DNA of 33,498 nt from Basidiobolus ranarum (lineage: Eukaryota). The stretch lies in the NCBI GenBank assembly GCA_040143965.1, contig JASJQH010000074.1, positions 1 to 33,498 of the forward strand. Direction: 5' to 3'. The notes beneath the pieces were generated by a model, which was not told the origin of the DNA, searched no databases, and saw only the letters and a list, made by a program, of their open reading frames with translations. Positions 22,936 to 33,498 of the stretch are shown piece after piece (position 1 is the stretch's first letter; the number at the start of each line of letters is the position of its first letter). Position numbers and translations under genes: made by a program.

Positions 22936-25900
22936 ATGACTTCAAATCCGGAGAAAGAGATGGAGATAGATTCGTCCGCTTCTTCGAGTTCCGAAGAAAT
23001 GGAAATACAAGAACTTGAAATAGATCCAAATATGGAAAAAAAAGTGACCGAATTACGTGAACAGGTATTGTTTTTTACTCCATTCTTTCGTGATATGCTT
23101 TGGCAAGGATAGCGACAATGACACTTGATTCGAGGTCTATTGTGGCATTATTGGCGTATTCTTTTGATAACATTCTATATACACACGTACACATTTTCAA
23201 GATATTTCATATGCTGTAACTAATAGCCAACAATTTGAAAATGTTATATAAATAGTTGGTTGTGAATCCGTATCAGTATGAAACCCACGTACAATATATC
23301 AGCACTCTTCGTTCCTTATCTGTATTTGAAGAATTAAAAGAGGCTCGAGAAAAGATGCACCAATATTTTCCACTGACTGAAAGTAAGAATTTATCCAGAA
23401 AGTTTGCTTTAGAATATTACTAAAATAAGGACTATCTACGTGTAGCACTATGGATAGAATGGATTCAAGATGAAATCGCTATTGCCATGGAAATTGAAGA
23501 AAAACAACATATACTCAATCTATTTGAAAAAGCGATCGAGGATTATTTGTGTATGTTACATGGTCTTTTACAAACACTATATGGATAGATATGTTAAATT
23601 TCGCTATAGCTATAGATATTTGGTTTCGATATACCAATTATATGGTGGAAGAGTATAAGGCTTTTGTCGAGTCACCGAATGAGTCTTTAAAAACAATGTT
23701 CAACTTGGAAAAAGTTCGCGAGATATTTCATCGAGCTGTGAATACTACAGGGTATCACTACAAGTTGGTTAGTGTAATTTTTTAACGTAAAAGATCTCAC
23801 AAGAAGGAAGCCCTTGAAATAACCTTGAACACCCGTAGAGTCATATTATTTGGAATCGTTTTAGAGATTTTGAAATGGAGTTCCTCGAGGTAAATTTCAT
23901 GAACATGATTTTATCAATTTTTCTTGTACATTAACTTATCTTTATTCAAAAGACTGAGTTTAGGTATCCATAGATTTCTAGTAAATCATTTATGCTATCA
24001 AAAATAACATATTATTGTAGCGAGAAGCAGTATAATCGAGTCAAGGAGCTTTACCTGAAACGTATAAATACTCCACATGCAGGTATATATCGACATTCCA
24101 GGTCAAGATATTTCTCACTTTCACAGATTAATGACTTTATATATACTCAGAGTTAGAGAATACTTTTTCACAATATTCCACCTTCGTCACCAAATATTCC
24201 AATCAAAATTATGAAGCTGAAATGGTGGCTGCTAATCCTATTTACACAAAAGCCATGGGCTTTTGCACTCAGATAGAGTTGTATGAAGTCGCTCTCGTAA
24301 GTTGGATTGCGGATCCTTTCACTTGCTATGTTTGTACTAAAATGATACTTCTCGGTATTGCAGGAGCAAACCGCCAACAGCCTGAAGTCATATCAACAAT
24401 ACATAGAGTTCCTTAGGAAGAGCAAGGATTTAGATGTTTTTTACGTGAAATCCATGTATGAGCGAGCGCTCCAGATTCATTGTTTAGATCCATCATTATG
24501 GGATGATTATATCGTTTATTTAGTATGTACTTTGTCTCAGCTCTCAAAAGTGTGCTCTTCATATTAATCAAACATCATTTTTTAGCTTGGAAACTTCCGA
24601 ATTCAAAATATAGTTTTAAAAGTTTGTGAAAGAAGTGTTCGAAATTGCCCATGGTCGGGAGATTTGTGGAGCCATTTTGTTCGCACCACGGTATCACTTC
24701 AAATCAAGTATTTTCCGTAATCTTTGATATTTTCTGATCTCTATTGAACTATAGGAAAGCTTCAAAGGAACCGAGATCGACCTTAACGGTACTTCTTTTG
24801 CTCATAATTGATGAGAGATTTATTGGTTAATATTTGATAATTTTCATAACATTTAGCTCTTGTGGAGAAATCTTTGCAATCCGGATCATTACAGAGCAAT
24901 CTCGAAGAATTTATAAAGCTCTGCTTAACCTGTTGCGATTTCATCCGACATCGGTTTCAACATCATCCAGACGCAGGTAATCTGTTGAACTAATGGATAA
25001 AGGCGAAAATTGCATCTAACAATTTTCCTTCAACCTTTAGAAAAACTGCGCAGCGGATTCCTTTATGTATCTCAGATGATCACAAATGGTACGTATATCG
25101 CCGTATATCTCAATCTTATTTTATGTTAAAGCCATTCCATTGTAGTCTTTCCTGATGGTGATCCGTATTGTCGAGTAGAGTATAATTGGATAAACACTGA
25201 GGTATTTGGACTCTTATATCACTTGAGCTTGATCAAAGATTTTCATCCAAATATCGTGGAAATTAGACAAAAGTTGTTAAAGACATCGCAAAAGCGAGAA
25301 AGCTCTGGGATTCTTTGATAAAACGTAGAGGCGGGGAAAGTGAAATCTGGTTAAGATATATTGAATTCGAAAAGTATGATTTCATAGAATACTTTTATTT
25401 TTTTCATTCATTGTCAACTATTAACCTCAACACTGATGCAATATCCGAATATGCAGACATCATGATACTGTCAGTAAGGTTCAATCTATCTTCAAGCAAG
25501 CGCATCTGAAACAAATGGACTGGCCAGAGCGTATATTTGAGGCCTGGCTTGCCTATGAACATGAGATGGGTTCAGTAGAAAATTTCGAGTTGGCATACAC
25601 TAGAATCTCGCAACAAAGAAAGATTTTACAGCTTAAACAAGAGCAGGTTCTCCAGTAATTCGAAAGACGTAATATTGAAATTCTATTGCTCACCATCACT
25701 CTAGGCTATCCAATACGAAGCGGAAGCAACCATTCGTGAATCCAACAAACGGGAGAAACGACTAGAAAAGGATCGCGAATTTCGAGTAATCTTTTAGCTC
25801 TCTTTTCACATCATACAAGCCCACCTTTTTCTTAAATTCGAATTTTGAATGATTAGGCAAAGAGAAGACAAAAAGAAAAAGAGAAGAAATCCGAGAAACG

Positions 25901-28169
25901 AAAATCCGAAGCAGTGAAAGAAATTCAGTCGCACGAAGATAATGCTGTCGATGATTCAGAGAATCCAGGTATTTTTCCTTGATATTAGAAGCTTTACCTC
26001 AAAGTTAGATTCTATATTGATCAATATTGATATCCTTTTAAACCCATCTCTCTAGCGCTTAAAAAGCAGAAACTTTCGAAAACGTATTGATTCTAGGAAA
26101 TCTATTTGATGTCATTGTTTTCAGTTAATTTATTAATCTACTTGTATTCTAGTCGAAAAGATGATTTTACCGTTTTCATTAGTAATCTCAACCCTGAAAC
26201 GGATGAAGTGGAAATTGCCGAATTCTTTAAAGATGTATGTTTCTTAGAGAAATCTAGGAATTATTTGATCTTTGTGCGTTTATAACTTGCTAATTTTTCT
26301 CTAGTGTGGCACCGTGGTTGATGTCAGAATCGTTAAGGATAAAGATAGTATCTCCAAAGGCTACGCTTACATTGAATTTGCTGATGAGGTAACAAATTTC
26401 TAATGACTACTATAAATCCTAAGAGTATCGATATTGATCGAATCACCTTCCTTAGGAACAAGCACAAAAAGCTCAAGCCAAAGACGGGCAAGTTTTAAAT
26501 GGAAAAGAGATCTCAGCCCATGTAAACCCAGAAAAGACTGCAGATCCAAAAACCATATTTGTTTGCAATTTCTCTAGAAACATTGAAGAGAGTGCAATTC
26601 AAGATCTATTCAAACCGGTTGGTAACCCGTACAACTCTTAGACTGCATGAACATGGGATTAATCTCTTTTAAATGATGTATAGTTTGGTGAAATCGAGGA
26701 GATTCGTATGCCTCTTACTAAAGAAGGAAGATCTAGGTGCTTCGCTTACGTTCAATTCAAGCATAGTGTAAGAACCTCGTCTAATTTGACAACTCTATAA
26801 TTGAAACTTATATTGATATTGAGTAGGAATCTGCAGAAGCAGCTGTTAGTCTGGATGGACAAGAGTTCGAACCAGGAAAACCACTTTCAGTTGCCATTTC
26901 AGACCCATCCAAAAAGAAAAAACCCAATCCTTTGTACATATTATTTTGACATGTTTATCCTGTAGAATCACGATTCACTGATTTCTTAATAGACATGACG
27001 ATGCTAGCCCGAAGACATTGTTTGTAGCTAACTTTCCACTGAAAACCACCAAAGAAGAGCTACAGTCGCTATTTCAACAGGTATATCGATGTTGTATCAC
27101 ACTACGCTAACACTTACTGATGTTTGATTTATTCGAATGTGCATGAACAAAAGTATGGTAACTTACAAGAAGTGAGAATTGTATCCAATCAAGCAGGTAA
27201 ATCCAAGGGATGCGGATTTGTAGAATATCAAGATGAAGTAAGCTCTATTTGCATTGAATCTTTAGTTCTTTTAGTTACCACGAAGTCCTCTATTAATACA
27301 CTAACTATAAGAACTGCGCTCGGGCTGCGCTATCCCTGAATGATTATAACTATAACGGGAGACATATCGCGGTATCAATTGCAGATCCTGAAAAATCATT
27401 AGAGAAAAAGAAAGAAAAGTCAGCATCGGATATTTATTTCCGAATCCAATCTCGCTAATCCTAACTAACTTTAAAAACCCTTTCTACTCTTCGTACAGGA
27501 AAGATAATGAGGAGGAAAAATTGAAAATTGAATCTCATAGTGTATATATTAAAGGACTCTCCGATGAAACTACCATAGTTACACTCAGAGCCGAGTTCAA
27601 AAAAGTAAGAAGAACAAGTATACATAAGAAACCACTCAGATACTAATGGTATAAATCAGTATGGAAAAATCCGAAATGCTAGATTAATGCCGGATAAAAA
27701 TGCTGCCACAGTCGAATATTTCGAGGAATCCGTAAGTTTTGGGATTAGTAACATTGATATTAAAATCATATTTAATCCAATATACATTAGGATGTAGGCA
27801 AAGCAGTTCTTGGCCTCAATGACACCATGTTAGATGGCCAGATAATTCACGTGGAGCCATCAAACTCGGACTTGGCCAAGCTTTCAAATCAGATGCCGAA
27901 GCCTTCTCCTGCGTAAGTTACCAATTATTATTGAAACCTGCCAAGAAAATTTTAAATGACCTTTGATTTTATGGAACAGAATCCCCGTTCCTACTGCATT
28001 ATTACCACGGCGCATCCAGAGACCTGCCACTAAGTTAACCACTCAACGATTCAGACCTGTTGCCAAGATGCACCCTGAGAATCCCCCTACGCCAGCCAGC
28101 TCTACCTCGACATCAGCCAAGAGTAATACAGATTTCCGTGACTTATTCCTTGCATCCCGCAAGAAATAA
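22936..28169 (+). CDS. PRP24: U4/U6 snRNP recycling factor Prp24/SART3 (HAT repeats + 4 RRMs + Lsm-interaction motif), 31 exons
   Basis: HAT repeats (FPLTETLWIEWIQDE; YERALQIHCLDPSLWDDY; RSVRNCPWSGDLW; DWPERIFEAWLAYEHEMG), four RRMs (RNP1 KGYAYIEF, RCFAYVQF, KGCGFVEY, NAATVEY), and C-terminal SNTDFRDLFL matching SNxDFxxLFL. All 30 GT-AG introns join in frame. Confidence 0.93.
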
Positions 28170-28615
28170 ACCCAGATTACCTTACCTATATACCGGTAGG
28201 ATAAATGAGAGATATTTATTTATTTAGCTCAAGCGCCATTTAAGCCTACAAAATATTTACAACCTTGGTGTAGTACGTTTTAATTGGTCAACAATAAAAA
28301 TCAAATAAGAAAGGTTAGGTTGGTCAATTATAGAAGCGTTCGAATGTCTCCAATCATTGGTTCATCGTTCGTCTTGGTATAAGTATCATGTTGAAATAAA
28401 GAACATGTATATTATATTAAGATTTATAGACAGTACTCTTAGTAGACTAACCCGCAAACTTACACATCCCCTGCTCTTTATTGACTATCTAGCCCAATTG
28501 GTGGAGTATGTTACCTTTAATAACAGCTCGTACATTGATAACTTTATCAAACAAAACCATTACATTGATTCCTTATAAAGGTAACTAGTTCACTTTACTT
28601 TTACACTACTCCAAG

Positions 28616-29214
28616 ATGGTAAGCAATATTAACTTTGACACAATATCGTCCATTCTTCAACCTTTTCCCTTCAGATTATACTTTATTCCACGGAGGACTA
28701 AATATTTCTTCTAGTCTAGCGGTCTATTAGTCAACGACGATTGTCTCGAAAAGTTTCAACTTCTCAAGTTAAAGAAGCAATACAAATATATCATCTACAA
28801 GCTTAGCGATGACAATACCGAGATTGTCGTAGAAGTAGCTTCCGAAGATGGTTCTTATGATGACTTTATAAATGCGCTTCCCGAAAACGAGTGTCGTTAC
28901 GCAGTTTTGGATCTTGAATATGAAAAACCTGGAGAAGGTCTGCGTAACAAGATTTGTTTCTACTCTTGGTATGGTTTATTTCCTCGGTTCAATGAATATT
29001 CCCTTGCCACACCGTACTAACTTTGACATATCTCCGCCTATTTCCTTTTAGGTCTCCTGATACTTCCAAAGTTAAACAAAAGATGGTATTTGCATCTAGT
29101 AAAATCGCTCTTCGTAAGAAGTTGGTAGGTATTGCTGCCGAAATTCAAGGTACTGAATATGATGAGGTATCTCTTGAAACTGTCCTCGATAAAGTTAGTC
29201 GTAGCACGTTTTAA
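28616..29214 (+). CDS. COF1: Cofilin/ADF actin-depolymerizing factor; exons 28616-28618 (ATG only), 28715-28968, 29052-29214
   Basis: [41 protein letters not shown]...[15 protein letters not shown]...[26 protein letters not shown]...[10 protein letters not shown]. Confidence 0.96.
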
Positions 29215-29347
29215 ATCACATCTCCCCTTCACTTTTTCATTGTCATACATGCGCATTTATCTTTCAAAGATATTCCCACGTTTATCTTGTTGCAAATATG
29301 GTAAATAAAGAACCATTCCTTACCATGCTTAATGATGGATAGATACA

Positions 29348-29402
29348 GTTGATTCTCGATGATTTTCATAGATAGATCGTTGATTCTCGATGATTTTTAT
29401 AG
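29348..29402. repeat. Direct repeat GTTGATTCTCGATGATTTT(c/t)ATAG x2, period 31, between convergent 3' ends
   Basis: Copies at 29348-29371 and 29379-29402. Confidence 0.88.
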
Positions 29403-29675
29403 GGTTTTTCGTAACAATTAGCTGGATTGTGTAAATAGAAAAGTTCATTGGATACAGGTTTTTTCGGGGGTTTTTGGTACTACAATTTTTACAGGTATGG
29501 CTAGAAAGGCATGGAAATACGAGTAGGGTTGAGAGGGTGGCTGTAAGTGTGGCTGTGGATGGTGTAAAATCGTATTATATAATGAAAGGTTCAACAAAAT
29601 CAAATACGTCATTGTAAACATTAGACGGGATTCTTGATTTGGATTATAAAGATACAGAGAGAACCTAATCGAACG

Positions 29676-31804
29676 CTACCTTTCTGCTGGTGATACTCCA
29701 TTGGTTTCTCTCGATTTCCTTCTTGGCTTGGATGGACGATTGGATTTAGTGGTTCGTTTGGTTTCTTCGGATTTCCCTCCCTTGGAAGAATCCTGCGTTG
29801 ATGCCTTTCCAGAACTTTTCCGAGGTTTACTAGCGGTGGTTGGACGCGACTTGTGGTTAATGTGTTCTGAGCCTTTGGTCACGACGGTGTTGGTGTGCCG
29901 TACTATTTTAGCAAATGTTGGTCCATTAAAATCCTCTAATTTGGATCGATCATTGGTTGAATGCCACTTATTAGCGGATGGATTTTCTTTTTCAACTTTG
30001 CTAGTACCACGTTCCGATTTCAATTCTGGGAAATGTTGTTTAAAGGCTTTTCTCATTTCCGACAGTTCCATAGCTGTTCTATCATGAGGGGTTTTCAGCA
30101 ATCTGTCTTTGGCATCTCCACCTTGTTGCGGTTTACTTAGAAACACATACTTTTGGCACATTTGTCTTAGATCATTCTTTTTCGACAAAATATCAAAGGC
30201 ACGCTTAAATTCTTCCCGAATCCCTTCAATGCTCCATTCATCCGCACTATTGCCGAGATTACGTTCAGGACTAAATGGCTCTTCAACACATAACACTCTA
30301 AATAGCTTCCCTGTGTGCCAGCCCTTATCAGTCTTTAGTAAATGTTCGCCTTCTCTAAGACTGATCACATGTCTATCGTAGTCGAAATCATATGCAAAGC
30401 TTTGGAAAAGGTTAGTTCTAACATGTCAAAGACGAAGGTGTGAAAAGTACTAACTATTTAAAGAAGGCGAAGAGCAAACCCCCTAAAGTCTCCTTATTCT
30501 TGTCTCCAAATCCAATGAGAGAATGAAAATCATCGTAGAAGCTGGTATCCACACCATCAATAATGGCAAGCATATCGGGTCTATCTTTAGCCATCTTCTG
30601 TAGATTAGGCAAAACCGGGGGATTCCTCATTTGTAAAAAATTCAATATCATATTGACCCATGTGTATGTGGACAATGTACCGCCAACTCCTACAAATCAC
30701 CGATTTAGTCTAGTAGGTCAATGGAAGATACTTGATGGAACCAACCTGCGTCATTCAACACTCGACGTTTCGTCCAATACTTAATGATCATCACTAGCAG
30801 TCTAACCCGGGGATCGATGGCTACGTAAGTACGAATCATCTCGGTGTTTCTCAGGGAGATGGGATGGTTGATATTGATATCACAGGCCAACTTTCTAATC
30901 AATTGAAATGTTCGTTTACATCATCTTCAGTCAATTCAACAAATTCTCACTTTCTTACAACTCTGGATCCCACATCTTCACGATGGGAACTTTGGCACCT
31001 GCAATACAATAGACTCTACGCATTCCATCTAGACAGTATGGTTAGTGCGTGTCTGTGACAAGAAATCCACTACTGTTCAAACTTACGTTTACGCATACAA
31101 GCTGCAAGTACATGTACATTGGTGAGTTCATCCCAATCGGTTAGGATGCATATATCCACATCACTGGTGGAAGTGGACAACAGATTGGCTGACGAACTAC
31201 ACGAAAATAGTGAGTGAAGTGGTCTACTTTCAAGTCGAATAAAGGGATATATTACCCGAACAAATGAACCTTGATGTATTTATCGGGCCACTCGACATTG
31301 ACGATATTTTGTAGTTTTTGTACAAACAGGTGTCTTAATTCTATACTTTCCGGAGTTGGACGAAGTGTCTAAACCAACCAATTTCAAGGGTCAACCAAAA
31401 ATATAGAAAAGCTATCCCATGCTCTTATGGTCCAAACAAACCTCAAAAAGTGCGAGCATATCTAAAGTCAACGATTCTTCTTCTTCTCTGGAAAGTCTTT
31501 GACGTAAACCTTTTCTGGTTGGCTTTTTTTTCTTATCAGTAACTCGGATAGGTGTGACTAAATCGGTTGAATGAGTAGTAACCTTATTTATATCGGTATT
31601 GTTCAAAGGTTTGACTTCGGGATTCAAATCAAATTCATCCGTTGCTTGAGAGGAGATTTCCGAGTCAAGGTGACCATCCGAAGGTTCCCAATTCTCCCCG
31701 GTCGTTGTCTCCTGGGTGGTATTAGTCAACGGTTTCGTTAAGACATTTTGTTCAAACCCGAAGTGACCCTCAGGCTCAGTTAATAGTATATCGGATTGAT
31801 GCAT
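29676..31804 (-). CDS. Non-canonical terminal nucleotidyltransferase of the Cid1/Cid13/CutA family (Pol-beta NTase + PAP-associated domain), 7 coding exons
   Basis: VHLFGSSANLLSTSTSDVDICI (GS + DxD), AKVPIVKMWDPELKLACDININ, RLLVMIIKYWTKRRVLNDAGVGGTLSTYTWVNMILNFLQ, nucleotide-recognition loop LCVEEPFSPERNLGNSA, and a basic disordered C-tail. Confidence 0.92.
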
Positions 31805-33498
31805 TTACACTCAACACCTTTTTATCTTATAAATAACAAAGAATTAGGTGGAAAAAGTGAAGTTATGACTAAGGTAATGGTACTGGGTTAGGTGGTGGCT
31901 GTAGTTGTAGTTGACGTTTGCTTTGGTTGAACTATCGAAAAGAAAGAGTGGAGAAAAAAATTGGTTCGAAATAGCAAGCTTGAACCTATGTCTTGATATA
32001 ATTTCCTTAGGGCTTGATACACTCCAAGTTGAAATCCTACCAAATTGGAATAAATATCTATTTTCTCCAACTGAATCTATTTCCATTGGATGAAAAAAGG
32101 ATCGAATAAGATCTTGATTCTACCGAAAATTGATAACTGTTCATTTTCATAATTATGGACTAAGATCATATGATCGATTGTGTAATCGAATGAGCATCAT
32201 ATTTTGGTCTGGGAGTTTTACTTGAACCCTGCGGTATTAATAGCAATTCGCGTCGGATCCCATTCGATGCATTTAATATCATCCTAAGGTACCCTAGCCA
32301 TGGATCGATAGAGATGAATGCCATTAGTATTCCTCCACTCATCAATGAGATTACAACTACAGCAGAACCGTTGGCTGAATGGCTGAATGAATCTGATTAC
32401 ATCGTCATGAGCAAATGCTGCTTATATTGAAATCTAAATCCAACATATGACATCCATTTAACCAAATATTGCCAAAAGTTTAACTAGCAATCTGTGATCT
32501 AGTTTCATAACTGCATACAATATGTATATATATATAATAGCAGCAAATGAAGGTTATTAAGTATGGTTAGTATGATAATTATTCCTGCTTCTCTACTTGA
32601 CCATTTCTTCAGCTGAGTACTAAGGATCGCTTTCTAATGACCTCAGTTTTGGTGTTACTTGATCAATATTCAACATTATAAAATACATGTTTGACAAGTG
32701 TAATGAAAATTAAGACAATTACTGAAAGGAAGTGTTCCCCTCAATTCTAAAAAAAATCCATAAATAGCTATCCAACTATATATAATATGAATTAAAGGTT
32801 AAATTAGGACAATTGCAGATACTTGTGTTAGCTTTCTCAGTATGACAAAGCAGATTTATTATAGTTGGTAAATCAGTTCTGTTTAAATCTTTTGCCCTAA
32901 AAGTATAAATTATTACCTACATTCCTAATCACCATGTTCAATAGAGTGCATAATTTTCACATTGAACTTTTGGATATCAGCATTCCATTTGTTATGTAGG
33001 TATTGTTTACATGCATCTATCCTTTTTCTTAAAATATATCAACAATCATTGTGAGTCTACAAAGTATCAAAATCTGATATAACTAATTCTTGTTAAAGTA
33101 TTTGGGAGCCTGTTGGAAGTGGTTTGGAGAATTAGAGGAATTAGTGGTTTTCACTTACTCATTTATTGAGTAGAAATTTGACATTTATAGTTTTGTCAGG
33201 ATGTAAATAAACTAACATATAGAATGTGTTAAGGAAGGTCCCAGAAACATGTGTGCAAAGTTTGGGGCTTTTAACACAAGTTTGAAAAATCTATATATCT
33301 GAAAACTTCTAAGTTGGTAAAAATTTTCCAAGTAGATTTTGATTGAGAATAATGGATAATACCTTACTGAATTATAAGATGACTAAGTACTAAGCTCTAT
33401 ATGACTATATAGGTGTTTAGGCAATGCTAATCTCAACAGAAATATTGTAGTTGGTGAATTTTGAGAATAACCCAAATCAGGTAAGAGTTTTCTTGACC

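Noticed and set aside
23964..24020. Donor GTATCCAT close to the U12 consensus GTATCCTT
   Set aside because: Mismatch at +7 and no TCCTTAAC-type branch site; treated as a U2 intron.
28616..28618. ATG-only first coding exon of cofilin
   Set aside because: A known, widely conserved feature of ADF/cofilin genes; not novel.
29701..30381. Plus-strand ORFs of 128 and 90 aa (likewise 2097-2312, 10133-10474, 10959-11315, 16423-16704)
   Set aside because: Antisense shadows of well-supported genes.
31844..33498. Short ORFs and AT-rich sequence at the right end
   Set aside because: No homology cues, TIRs or LTR features; consistent with 5'UTR/promoter and intergenic DNA.

Overview
Eukaryotic, AT-rich, very intron-dense genomic DNA. 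I infer about 89 spliceosomal introns of mostly 54-90 nt. The gene content (Atg29, Ypd1-type HPt, NsdD-type GATA, CutA/Cid13-type nucleotidyltransferase) is fungal. The intron density plus a katanin p60 suggest an early-diverging fungus (Basidiobolus/Zoopagomycota-like); this is inference only. Gene models were rebuilt by hand from splice signals and protein motifs. In order: partial gene off the left edge (-), intronless ALMT/FUSC-like transporter (-), a probably decayed ubiquitin-like-domain locus (-), two-finger GATA factor (+), Atg29 (+), HPt phosphotransferase (+), katanin p60 (-), Lag1/Lac1 ceramide synthase (+), kinesin-14 (+), PPxY two-TM membrane protein (+), single-finger GATA factor (+), Prp24/SART3 with 31 exons (+), cofilin (+), and a Cid1/CutA-family terminal nucleotidyltransferase (-). 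I could not support any tRNA, rRNA, CRISPR array or transposase. The most notable observations are katanin in an apparently fungal genome, a frameshifted UBL relic overlapping an exact CTAACCCTAAC telomerase-template-like 11-mer, two GC-AG introns, introns at matching positions in all four Prp24 RRMs, and a 13-bp E-box element shared upstream of ATG29 and PRP24.
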